A stretch of DNA of 64,000 bases from Mobula hypostoma (taxonomy: Eukaryota). Position numbers and translations under genes: made by a program. The stretch is from contig NC_086100.1 of the NCBI RefSeq assembly GCF_963921235.1, positions 167,090,001 through 167,154,000 on the forward strand. The letters are read 5' to 3'. Positions 49,101 to 58,814 of this stretch are shown in pieces; positions within the stretch are counted from its first letter, which is position 1, and each line of letters starts with the position of its first letter. The notes under the pieces are model-generated. The model was not told the DNA's origin, did not search any database, and saw only the letters and a program-made list of their open reading frames with translations.

Positions 49101-51315
49101 AAATAAAACCAGATAAAGAAGTCCCAATTTCCTCAACCCTCGAATTTGCATGGCTTTCATTATCTCGGTCCGTAGGAATAAAACAACCCGGGCCTGATCA
49201 ATCCTGACTGGGTTGTCTAGGTGAGGGTGTCTAGTGATTAAATACATGAAACACTTGAAGACCCCAGGTTACATTAATGATGATGTGTCCCAGTGCACAC
49301 CCGGTTAATTAAGCCGTGTTGTTGGAGCAAGTTAATGAAAGGCATGGGCCAGATTAAAGTGGCTCCAAAACCCTAACCTTTACCTCCTGACCCTTCCCCC
49401 CGCCCCCCGGACCCACATAAACCCTAACCCTAACATCCAAGAGCCCACACATCCCAATTAACCCTAGCCAAACCCCCACAAATGAGCTGACACCATCAGG
49501 TCCCATCCTCCCACGTCTCTCCCCATGGGGAGGCCTGCATCTCCATCTCCTAACCCTACCCTAAACCCAACACCTACACCCCTCCTACAGACCCCCATAC
49601 ACACTAACCCACACCTCAGCACTCATTCCCTACAATCTAACATGATATCCACATCAATCGTAAGTAGTAATCCCATCACCTTAGCATATTCAAAACCATA
49701 AACCTTAACATTTGTGCCAGGAGGAAGATCACAATAAAGGCAAGTGTTGGACCTGGTTAATGAAAGTGTGGCCCAAAGCAAAGTGGCAGGGTTGTGTGAT
49801 ACTGAATCTCGAGTGACAAGATCAAGATGCACAAAAGGGATGATCTTCCCACTGCCTGCATAATCACAAAAACCCCAACTACATTTATCCATAGGGTTGC
49901 CCTGAGATGACAACGACTCAACGGCAACAAATGCCCAGAGTCTGCCAGTGCAAAACAAGAACAGGCCCTTCACCCAAATATGATGCCAAATTACTCTAAA
50001 TCTCTTCTGCCTATATATGACCGCTATCCCTCTATATTTGTGTCTACAATAGCCTCAAAACACCACTAATTTTAATTTTACATCCAGCCCAGCAGACCAT
50101 TTCAGGCATCCACCACTTTGTAACAAAAACCTGCCCCCCCCCTTAAATGCATGTCCACTAGTGTTGACATTTCTACTTTTTGAAAAAGGGCAGATAGTCA
50201 AAAATCAATCTATGCCTCGTAAACTTTGTCTTCAGTCTACAATTCCAGTTTGTCCAACTTCTCCTTATAACACACATTGATTAAAAGGTTCTATGTGGTA
50301 ATGATTCTTGCTGAACAGGACTGCGGGAGATTGGATCCAAAGATAAGATTGTTGCATTGCAAGTATCTCCTTTTCAACACTTCAAGTAATTTATTCATTT
50401 TCAGGAAGGCATTTTTTAAGCTTTTCCGAATGCCACGTACATTGTGACTTGCTGAACCATTTCAGGAAAAAAATAAGAAATCAATCACGCAGGCGGGACT
50501 GGAGTCAAAAATAGACCTGACCAGGTAAGGGACGGCCGTTTTCCTTCCCCGGATCGGATTGGTGAAGCAGAGGGTTTTTTAAATAACAATTTAATTGCTT
50601 GTTCGAAATTGTTTCTGATGTTAGTCTCTCAAAAAGAAACAAACGTTGAAGCAAAATTTAAACCTGTCTCTGGACGTCTATTGCACTCCTCTGGATTTCA
50701 CTGAGTATCTCCGATTTTCGAATCCGCATTTTATCGGGGTAAAAAACTTCCATTTGCTGTGATATCACGTGGATTCTTCTGACGAAATCCAGCCAGGGTT
50801 TTTTTTATCATCTAAACTACACTCAACCCGACCAGTTAATTTGCAACATACCGGTCGACAAGCCTGTTCTCAGTTGCTATCGTCGATGTCCTAATTATTC
50901 TTTCCCAAAAAAAACACAAAAATTCGGAAGAGATGACGGTGCACAATCCAGGATCCTGGGCTTGATTGACAGCCGTGCCGAACCCCGACACAAGGGACTG
51001 ACTGACTGACTGACTGACAGCTGTACCAAACCCGAAGGGCCAGCACTGATTTACAGCTCCGTTCGGCCCAGATCCGCAAAACTGGAACCGGGGCTTGCCG
51101 TGGGACTCCAACACGAAAGAGCCTCGGCCTCTTTCTTCGAAGTACAACCGCGTTTTATTTTTTGTAAATTCTGCAAACTCACCTTTTGCCTCGGCAGATG
51201 GGTATAGCTTCTCCGCCTTGTTTAGGAACTTCAGCGCTTTGACCTGGTCACCATCCTGCAGCGCTTTACGGGCTATCCTCAAGCATTTCTCCGCTTCGTC
51301 TCTGTTTCCTTCCAT
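15990..51315 (-). CDS. DNAJB14: DnaJ homolog subfamily B member 14 (ER membrane J-protein), 8 coding exons, 1143 nt / 380 aa
   Basis: Exons 51315-51183, 35882-35699, 31306-31161, 28847-28665, 23361-23273, 21089-20980, 20188-20016 and 16114-15990 are all GT-AG with consistent phases. The protein has the [11 protein letters not shown] start, an HPD J-domain, a G/F region, a TM helix and the C-terminus [12 protein letters not shown]...LYRGG, which indicate B14 rather than B12. Confidence 0.96.
16515..16825 (+). mobile_element. tRNA-derived SINE, apparently full length
   Basis: A box TGGGCAAGTGG and B box GAGTTCGAGCC; flanked by ATATG(T/G)GAGT at 16505-16514 and 16826-16835 (TSD-like). Confidence 0.75.
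16838..17040 (+). mobile_element. Second tRNA-derived SINE (related copy at ~48875-49020)
   Basis: TGGTGTAGTGG A box and GAGTTCAAATC B box; the same head occurs at 48880-48945. Confidence 0.65.
17650..17905 (-). mobile_element. Shark/ray-type tRNA SINE (related copies ~26281-26480 +, ~47530-47700 -, ~56678-56870 +)
   Basis: Minus strand reads GTGGTTAGCACAACACTTTACAG...CCCGGGTTCAATTCCG...GTTTCCTCCCACAGTCCAAAGAC. Confidence 0.6.
20016..20188 (-). CDS. DNAJB14: DNAJB14 exon 7 (173 nt, DUF1977 region)
   Basis: [26 protein letters not shown]...[19 protein letters not shown]; donor gtaagt. Confidence 0.95.
20980..21089 (-). CDS. DNAJB14: DNAJB14 exon 6 (110 nt, transmembrane helix)
   Basis: [36 protein letters not shown]; donor gtaagt. 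Confidence 0.95.
23273..23361 (-). CDS. DNAJB14: DNAJB14 exon 5 (89 nt)
   Basis: [30 protein letters not shown]; acceptor ttttag, donor gtacgt. Confidence 0.9.
27240..27670 (+). mobile_element. Old CR1 3' fragment
   Basis: Degenerate [11 protein letters not shown] / [10 protein letters not shown] / VVNLWN motifs. Confidence 0.7.
28665..28847 (-). CDS. DNAJB14: DNAJB14 exon 4 (183 nt)
   Basis: [21 protein letters not shown]...[20 protein letters not shown]. Confidence 0.95.
29060..30075 (+). mobile_element. Old CR1 LINE RT fragment
   Basis: Degenerate VTRGIP-G-VLG, FVDDTK, HFGRRN and LVRPHFE motifs colinear with the intact CR1 ORF. Confidence 0.75.
31161..31306 (-). CDS. DNAJB14: DNAJB14 exon 3 (146 nt, J-domain)
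   Basis: [48 protein letters not shown]; acceptor cag, donor gtgagc. Confidence 0.96.
31340..32110 (+). mobile_element. Rex1/Babar-like LINE fragment carrying Penelope insertion C
   Basis: ORFs 31356-31655 ([22 protein letters not shown]) and 31532-31732 ([10 protein letters not shown]). Confidence 0.7.
31902..32046 (+). mobile_element. Minimal Penelope-like insertion C (hammerhead plus tail, tiny inverted stub)
   Basis: 16-bp TSD TAGCATCCACTTCAAG at 31886-31901 and 32047-32062; CTGACGA...GAAACGTC core at ~31919-31946. Confidence 0.85.
33020..33870 (+). mobile_element. Old CR1 LINE 3' fragment
   Basis: ORFs 33263-33463 and 33408-33638 ([28 protein letters not shown]). Confidence 0.75.
35225..35450. 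mobile_element. Palindromic Penelope-like insertion D (hairpin centred in the hammerhead)
   Basis: Arms 35225-35324 and 35325-35450; 14-bp TSD GCCAGTATAGATCA at 35211-35224 and 35451-35464; inserted in an old CR1 tail. Confidence 0.9.
35699..35882 (-). CDS. DNAJB14: DNAJB14 exon 2 (184 nt)
   Basis: ctttag|CACTAATAGAT... [11 protein letters not shown]...[11 protein letters not shown]; donor AG|gtatga. Confidence 0.93.
36580..37130 (+). mobile_element. Old degenerate Penelope-like 3' fragment
   Basis: Similar to the GIY-YIG end (cattttaattccacttcccactcccat; ctgacagcatgaatattgatttctctaacttc) with a decayed hammerhead at ~37035-37070. Confidence 0.65.
37561..37596 (-). ncRNA. Minimal type-I hammerhead ribozyme motif (PLE type), intact core
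   Basis: AGTC-CTGACGA-AGGGTCTCGGCCT-GAAA-C-GTC-GACT: stem I AGUC/GACU, CUGANGA and GAAA boxes, GUC cleavage triplet, loopless helix III. Confidence 0.75.
38652..38687 (+). ncRNA. Minimal type-I hammerhead ribozyme motif (PLE type), intact core
   Basis: AGTC CTGACGA AGGGTCTCGGCCT GAAA C GTC GACT. Confidence 0.75.
41197..41344 (+). repeat. 74-bp tandem duplication (2 copies, 2 mismatches)
   Basis: ATACTTTTCCAGAGAACAGCAATGACC...GATTTATTCATCAC starts at both 41197 and 41271. Confidence 0.92.
43696..46712 (-). mobile_element. Second Rex1/Babar-like LINE (middle layer; 46712-46600 plus 44360-43696)
   Basis: IQGVSVD|[18 protein letters not shown]...[13 protein letters not shown] is continuous across the CR1; AATAAA and (TATGAC)n tail at 43696-43723. 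Confidence 0.85.
44360..46601 (+). mobile_element. Young 5'-truncated CR1 LINE with uninterrupted 713-codon ORF2 RT (inner layer)
   Basis: ORF 44360-46501 has [37 protein letters not shown] and KFADDTKL; (TTCTATGT)3 tail at 46578-46601; no endonuclease domain. Confidence 0.95.
48090..48700 (-). mobile_element. Old Rex1/Babar-like LINE fragment
   Basis: Minus strand resembles the same RT C-terminus ([33 protein letters not shown]). Confidence 0.65.
50996..51018 (+). repeat. (GACT)n microsatellite in DNAJB14 intron 1
   Basis: gactgactgactgactgactgac. Confidence 0.85.
51183..51315 (-). CDS. DNAJB14: DNAJB14 exon 1 (133 nt CDS)
   Basis: [44 protein letters not shown]; donor AAG|gtgagt. Confidence 0.95.
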
Positions 51316-51720
51316 CTTTTAAACCCCTGCGCCTCGCCCGGCGACTCAACCAGGAAATAAGCAGATTCCACACACGCACACAAGCCAGCAACGCACCATT
51401 AGATTGCAATCCGACTCAGCAGATCACCCCTGACAAAAGGCGTACCCGCTGCTGATATATACTTGCTTCTCTGCTTTATTGTAAAAACGTTTTAAAAGCA
51501 TTTGCTTTTGTTAGAGGCGAAATATAGGTTCCGAATCGTCGAGTAGTTGCCCTCTGGCCCGCAATCGCTGCACCAATGAGATCAAATTTACTAGTCCCCG
51601 CCTTATTAGTGTCTGGCTTGTGTGTTACTGATGTGAGCAAGATACTGTACTGTACTTTTCTCCTTGCCGGAACGACTGGCCCTGTTGCAATGGTGATTGG
51701 GAAATATTCCTTTCTCAAGC
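51316..51720 (-). promoter_or_regulatory. DNAJB14 5'UTR/promoter region (CpG-enriched)
   Basis: CpG enrichment over ~50480-51600; CCAAT at ~51573 and ATTGG at ~51696. Confidence 0.5.
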
Positions 51721-52946
51721 TCAATCGTGAAACAGCTTCTCTTGTACTCTAGCTGATAAAAATAACCATACAAAATGTTGTTAAAAACTCAACGGGTAAG
51801 GCAGCGTCGATGAAGTGGAGGTTAAAACGGTTCAAAACAGGTTTTAGATTGTAAGTGTTGATCCCCTTTCCCAGTTAGAATGGAGGGTCTTCAATCTGAT
51901 ACTGATTCTCTCTGCACATATGCTACTAACGAGCAGAGCGTTTCCAGCATTTTGTTTTTTCTTCATATTTCCAGAATCTACAATACTTATATTTTCACCT
52001 GAGGATGTCCAACATTATCCATTTCCACGCTCATATCCACAGCATGTATAACCTCCATGTTCGTATCGGCATAATCTCGACCCGTTAAATTCATCGTTAC
52101 TGTTCACCGAACTGCTGAGATTTACATTTGGAGACCAAAGCTCTTCCTTCATTGTGGATTATAGATGTTTTGGTGGTCCGCTGTGTTCCACCGAAGAGTG
52201 GAAAATAGCTATTCAGAATCACCATTCCAAGTTGTCTGGGTTAATAGAACTACAGTAGGTTACATCTCTGCTATTGATAGTTTTATATTGATAGTTTTAG
52301 ACAAGAAAATCAGTGGTGTTGAAGACAGTTGTTTAAGGACATAGTGGGATATAGATCAGATGGGAATAGAGCAGTACCAGGTGAAATTTAATCTATATAT
52401 GGGCTATTACGCTCTGAAAGTTCAAATGCTGATAGGACGTATATAATACATGGAATCGATCTCGGGAGCATTGATGTTCAAGGTTTTGGGATACTTTCTT
52501 AAAGTGATACAGGTGGATAGGGTAGTTAAGTCATATGGTATAATATGCTTGCTTTCATAGACGGAGAAATGAGCATGAAGTTGAGTCATCTTGTTGAGAA
52601 TGTAGAAAACTATAGCCACACCTTAAAATGCAGTAACAACCACGAGAGCATCACAGATTCACCAGTTTGGTGCCTGGAGAGCAGGGTAGTAATTCGAAGA
52701 AAGATTAGATTGATTTACATTGGAATGTATGAGACTGAACCATGACCTTTTACAGGTTTATAGAGGTCAGCACAACATAGAGGGCTGAAGGACCTGTACT
52801 GTACAGTAGTATTCTAGTGTATAGGTTTGTAAACTGAAGGACTTGTAAATGACACATAGATCATCAATAGTCTTTATCAAAAGTCCAGGGAGTTTAGTAC
52901 TAGAGGGAAGAGTTGATAAATTTAAAGAAAATTGAATGGAAAGGTA

Positions 52947-54829
52947 CAGTGGTGAACCCTGTAGAATTCTCTCTATTTCTGCATAAATATGACCTGAAAT
53001 GTGATCAAGTCTTCACACAAGACCTAGAACTAGAGAACCCACTTAAATAAACAGTTATTCATTTATTAAGAATAATGATCCAATATTACATGTATTTGTT
53101 GCAAGTATGTGACCCTCTGGGGTAATGCCTTCTACAAAACCCATTTGGAGTCAGATGTTCCAATAAATAAGATGGGACTGGAGGTGTGGGTTGTAGAGGT
53201 GCCCTGCCCTATTAAAAAAAATGCAGTCAGGTTACTGATAGAAACTACTCCGAGGAGGATCTGTTTATGCACATCATGCCTCAATCAAAACAACTTTCAG
53301 AGCATCTTAGAATTATAGAAATGCTTGAAGCTGGAGAAGGCTATAAAAACATTTCTAAAGTGTTCATCAGTTCACAGTAAGATAAATTGTCTACAAATAG
53401 AGGAAACTCAGTATGTTGCTACTGTCCCTAGGAGTGTGCATCCTGCAAAGATCACACCAAGAGCACAACAGGCAATGCTGAACTAAGTGACAGTGATAAC
53501 CAGCAAAAGACCTGCAGAAATCTTTCAAGTACCTAAAGTCTCTGCTCAGATGTTCACTATAAAAACACTGAACATGAATGTTTCATGGAGGGATACCATG
53601 GAGGAAACCATTGCCCTCCAAAAAAATAACACATTGGTGCTTGTCTCAAGTTCGCAGACCACCTGGATGCTCTACAATGCTTCTAGGACAACGTTATGTG
53701 GACAGATGAGACAAAAGTTGAACTTTTTGGCAGAAATGCATATTACTATGTTTGAAGGAAAAAAAGAACACCACACACCAACACCAAAGCCTCATCCCAA
53801 CTGTGAAGAATGTTGGAACAAGCATCATGGTTTGGGGGCACTTTGCTGCCTCAAGAGCTTACAATCATTGAGGGAACAATGAATTCAAAAATTGTATCAA
53901 GACATTTTATAGAATGTTAGGGTACCTCTGTCACCTTAAATTTAATACAAGTTAGATAATGCAACAAGACAACCATCCAAAAGACAAGTGAATCAACAAC
54001 AATGGTTTAAAAAGAAAATTCATGTTTTGGAATTCCTCTCCCAAGTTACAGAGAAAGGTTGAACAAGTTAGGTCTTTATTCTTTGGAGTGTAGAAGGTTG
54101 AGGGGAGACTTGATAGAGGCATTTAAAATTATGAGGGGGATCGGTAGAGTTGACATGGATAGGCTTTTTCCATTGAGAGTGGGGGAGATTCAAACAAGAG
54201 GATGAGTTGGCAAAAGTTTAGGGGCAACACGAGGGGGAACTTTACTCAGAGTGGTAGCTGTGTGGAACAAGCTTCCAGCAGAAGTGGTTGAGGCAGGTTC
54301 AATGTTGTCATTTAAAGTTAAATTGGGTAGATACACAGACAGGAAAGGAATGGAGGGTTATGGGCTGAGTGCAGGTTGCTGGGACTAGGTGAGAATAAGA
54401 GTTTGGCACAGACTACAAGGGCTGAGATAGGCTGTTTCTGTATTGTAATTATTATATGGTTATATGGAATGATTTTAGTCAAAATCCAGGCCTTAAATTT
54501 TATAGAAATGTTGTGGAAGAACCTGAAGCATGCAGTGCATGCAAGGAAGCCCACTAACATACGAGTTGAAGCAGTTCTGTAAGCAATGGCCTAAAATTCA
54601 TCCAAACCGATGTGCAGGCCTGACCAAGTTACCAGAAACACTTGGTTGAAGTATTGCTGTACAAGGGGGTCTCATCAGTTACTGAAAGCAAAGGTTCACA
54701 TACTTTTTCCAACAAATACATGTAATATTGGATCATTTTTCTCAATAATAAAGTATGAAGATCTGGTCAGAATTTAAGTCATATTTAAGCAGAGGAAATT
54801 CTACAGGGTTCACAAATTTTCTAGCACCA
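52947..54829 (+). mobile_element. Decayed Tc1 transposon interrupted by a CR1 fragment
   Basis: TA-CAGTGGTG left end; TIR match GTGAACCCTGTAGAATT / AATTCTACAGGGTTCAC; remnants WTDETKVELFG, QQDNHPK and IEMLWKNLKHAVHARKPTN. Confidence 0.82.
54040..54465 (+). mobile_element. CR1 3' fragment inside Tc1
   Basis: [21 protein letters not shown]; (TATATGGT)-like tail. Confidence 0.75.
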
Positions 54830-57800
54830 TTAAGTTTTTCATGCAGAGTGGCAGTTATCTGTAATGAGGTGGCAGAGAAGTTAGTGGAGGCAGATAGTTT
54901 TTTTTTAAATTTGAAAAGGACTTGGGCAGATAGCAATAGCAGGGAACTGCAGACCTAAGGTAGCTAAATAGGATAGGTAGTGTGGTCTTCATAGAGAATA
55001 ATATCAGACAACTACCTAGCATTTCCAAGTGTTATCTAAACCCAATCCACATTCCTTCTCATCTTCTGCAGTATCAATGTCCATGCCTTAGAAGTTATAA
55101 TGAACGAAAGTTCAACTGATTCCTGAGATAGCAGGACTTCCGTACAAGGTTAAGTTCACTAAGCTTGTATTTAGTCCTGGGAAGAAACTTATAAAACTCT
55201 TGATATGGAAGGACAAGCTGGTGATGCAGAAAATGTTAGGCTGGATGGGCAACAAGGAGTCCTTATCTCAAGATGCAGGGCAAGGTATTTAAGATTGGGA
55301 AGTTTAAGAGAATGTGAACTTGTGATATTTTCTAACCCAGAGACAGTAATGTCATCTCTGACTACATTTAAGGGGATTGACAGATATACAAATGAAATAC
55401 TATATTCTCACTGTCCATCCGTGTATGATCATGCCAGAAAACCACTTGGTTCCACACCAGTTCTTAGCAGATCAGTCAACTTTCCTATAATCCTGAAACT
55501 CTCTCACATATGCCTATCTATACTTGGTTTTTTGTTTGCTATTGATCTGAAGGGAAATCTATAGTGGCTAATTAATTGACTAGCACACTTTCAGAATGTG
55601 GTAAGAAATGTGGAGAATTGAGGAAACCCAAATGACTAGTGATAGCATGCAAAGTCCTATAATAATAATGAGACAGGATTGACTGATACAGCAGGCTTGA
55701 GGACAGAATCGTCTACTCACCCTTTCAAGCCTGATCCATTTAACAAAATTATATCTTATTTCAGCACTTACCATCTATTCCATAATTGATCACTTTGCAA
55801 ATGTACTCAGCTAGCCTTCCACAGACCACTTGGTTAGAAAAATTCCCCAAGACACTCTGCCCATTGAGAAAATTCTCTCATAGCTCTATCCTGAATGGAT
55901 GACTTCTGGGTCTATACAAACACTATCCCCACATTCATCCTTGAAAACCCTGTATGAATTTTGTACATTTCAGTGAGGTTACTTCTAACATGCCAAGTTT
56001 TTTGTGTTATACAAAAAGAACATCTCAGGAATCAACAAGAACCTTCATTGCACTCACTCTATTGCAAATTTATCTTTGCTACATAGACTATCCCATCATC
56101 AATAGTCTAATCAAGATTTTTTGAAATTTGGTCTCACCAGGGCCCCATCTAGCAATAAAAATCATGTATTATTTGCCTTACAAATGTTTCAATTCTGTCC
56201 TTCCAGGAACAACCTTTATTTTAAAACTTATAGATTTTGCACTTGTGTTATTTTATTAACCCCATTTCCCAAATTAACTAGTCATATTCAAACATACCTT
56301 AGAAGCATAGCAGCACATCCAAGGACTGCATTGATTGTTAATGCAAATGACACATTTTACTTTTGACGTACTTAAAGCTAATCATTTATCTACACACCAT
56401 AGAAACCACATGCTGGTTATATTGTAGACAAAGTACCAGCTAGTCAAAGCAATTCATGAAATAAGACCTCTACTCAGTAGATCTTAGTGAAGTTAAATTC
56501 TCACTACTAGCCATTAAAGAGGAAAATTGATATCTGTACTGAGCTCAATTATTGGAAATACAGGAAACACTTAATTCCTTGTAGTAGCCTCATGGCCAAT
56601 TTTTCAGTTCATTCTTCTCCACTTCCCCAGGACCCAAAATATTTGAGTTTGACTGAAACGTTAGTTCACCTTTTTGGATGGCATGGTAGCAGTGGTTTAG
56701 TTCCAGCAAACTGTGTTCAATTCTGACCACTACAGGCAAGAGATGGTGGTCTCCCATGACTGCATAGGTTTCCTCTGGGTACTCCAGTTTCCTCCCAGCC
56801 CAGACTAAACAGTTGGCAGGTTAACTAGTCATTATAAATTGTCTTGTGATTAGGCTAGAATCAAAGCAGGACTGGGCACAGCTCACTGTTTTCAATCATT
56901 GACAATCTGAAAGCAACATGCAATTTCTAGATTACAAAGTTCATTTTTGAAAGATGACCTTCACCAGTCCGAATACAATGTGATTCTATAAAATTCATTA
57001 AGTGTAGAAATATATTAGCAGATCCTTTTGGTGATGGTTTACACATACACACACAAACACCAGTTAAAGCTCACCCCTGGAGCATAGAATGCTGACAGGA
57101 AGTGAGTGTAAGAAATTCTTCATAAATGTACTGCATGAAATGGAGGAGACAGATCCTCATGACATTCAAGTATCTTACAAGTACTTGAATCACCAAAGCA
57201 CAAGGCTACAGGCCTAATAAAGGTGAACAGTTTAGATGGGGCAATGGTCAACTGCTTCTGCTGGTGACTGCAAACAAAATTAAGTTTCAAAAAAACAATA
57301 CTTCAACTCCATTCAGGCTCAATGTACATTAAGATGCAGCTATTTTAAACACTGAAGTTATACCCAAATGTCAGAAATTCAGATGTCATAGCTAGCATTG
57401 CTGTACCAGAACCAAAGAGCTTTCTACAAAAACCATCTGGTTGAGGAAAAGCAGATTCACTATGTCTCCACTCAGTGCTGCTGTAAAATTAAATGTTCAA
57501 GCCTAGGGTTCCTTAGCCTGAAAACACCAATGCAGGACAATTACACAGAACTAACCACATACCACAACCAATTTTTTGAACATCCCAATAACCCTTACTG
57601 CCAATTTAACCTTTTTTTGCTTTGATTATAAAAAAGGCCAGAACTCCCAAGTCACCATACTAGACCAAACACTGGCTTTAAAATGCAACTTAAATAGGTG
57701 AGTGATTAAACACTGGCACTAGAATTATCACTAGGTGCAGGAGCATCTTATTCAGATCTGTGGCAACCAATACAGACAAAGCCAAATCCCACCTTCAGGT

Positions 57801-58359
57801 CATTTTCTGAATGCATACATTAAAACGGCATCCCATCTAGGCACAAGTGCCAGTTTCCAATTACCATTTCCCTTTTCATACAAGGAATGTAACCCCAGCC
57901 TGTTTTTCCCTTGGCCAAATAATAGCTCAATCTGCAAGCCAGTGTTTGCAGTACCGAAGTGGAGAGAAGTGTCAGTTGTGGTCCAACTTCAAATTCAGAC
58001 AGCTTCTTGCTCTTGGATCCTTTAGCTACATTATTGACACTTACCTCCAGTCTCTTGATTGTCCTGTCAATTTAGGTTCCTTCATCTTGTGTAAAGGACA
58101 ACTCAATCATAATCTGTTAAGGTCAAGACCAACAGGTATTGCAGAATTTCATCATTAACCTGGAAACAGAATCCAAATCCTGCAACTGGAAGTGCTATTG
58201 ATAGTCCCTTCAGTACAGGCTGAAGTGCTTCTTGATGGCTCATTAACTGTAAAACTAGTTAGCTAATGGCACTCAATGTTGTCAATTACAGCAATAGTAC
58301 TATTCCTGCTCAAGGCAACTACTTCCAAACAGATTACAGACAGTTGTTTTTGAATGCAT

Positions 58360-58365
58360 TTTATT
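58360..58365 (-). terminator. H2AZ1 poly(A) signal candidate (second candidate at 58583-58588)
   Basis: AATAAA on the minus strand ~390 nt after the stop, followed by GT-rich sequence. Confidence 0.6.
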
Positions 58366-58752
58366 GAAAACTTCACCCAAAGGAGACAGTCAGACAACCC
58401 ATTCAGATTCCATTTCACTCCAAAAATAAAGTTATACAAGCAATAAGCTCTTCCTGCATTTAAAACATTGCATTAGGGCCTCATTAAAAAGGCAGGAGCC
58501 AGAGAACATCTCCAGCTCACTCAGTTCCACCAGTCAGACTTTGCTTCCCAATACCATTGCACAGGGAACTATTACTTTTAGCTTTATTTTAAAATGACCC
58601 CTCCCCCCATATATGGAGATAAAAAGATTTTTCTAATCACATTTCAGAAGTCCAGTGTCTGTTCAGCCAGATCCTCCAAAATTTCTACAGCTGATTAAAC
58701 AAAAATGGAGTCCTGAGATAATGAACTAAAAAATAAAAATGACATTTAATCC

Positions 58753-58814
58753 TCAAACAGTCTTCTGCTGTCCCTTCTTGCCAATTAGAGATTTGTGGAT
58801 GTGTGGAATGACAC
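58753..58814 (-). CDS. H2AZ1: H2AZ1 exon 5 CDS (62 nt)
   Basis: [20 protein letters not shown]. Confidence 0.96.

Noticed and set aside
50836-51182. Extension of the DNAJB14 exon 1 ORF to 159 aa
   Set aside because: Read-through past a strong GTGAGT donor into intronic microsatellite sequence.
51330-51720. ER-stress element (CCAAT-N9-CCACG) in the DNAJB14 promoter
   Set aside because: CCAAT boxes are present, but none is followed by CCACG at the required spacing.
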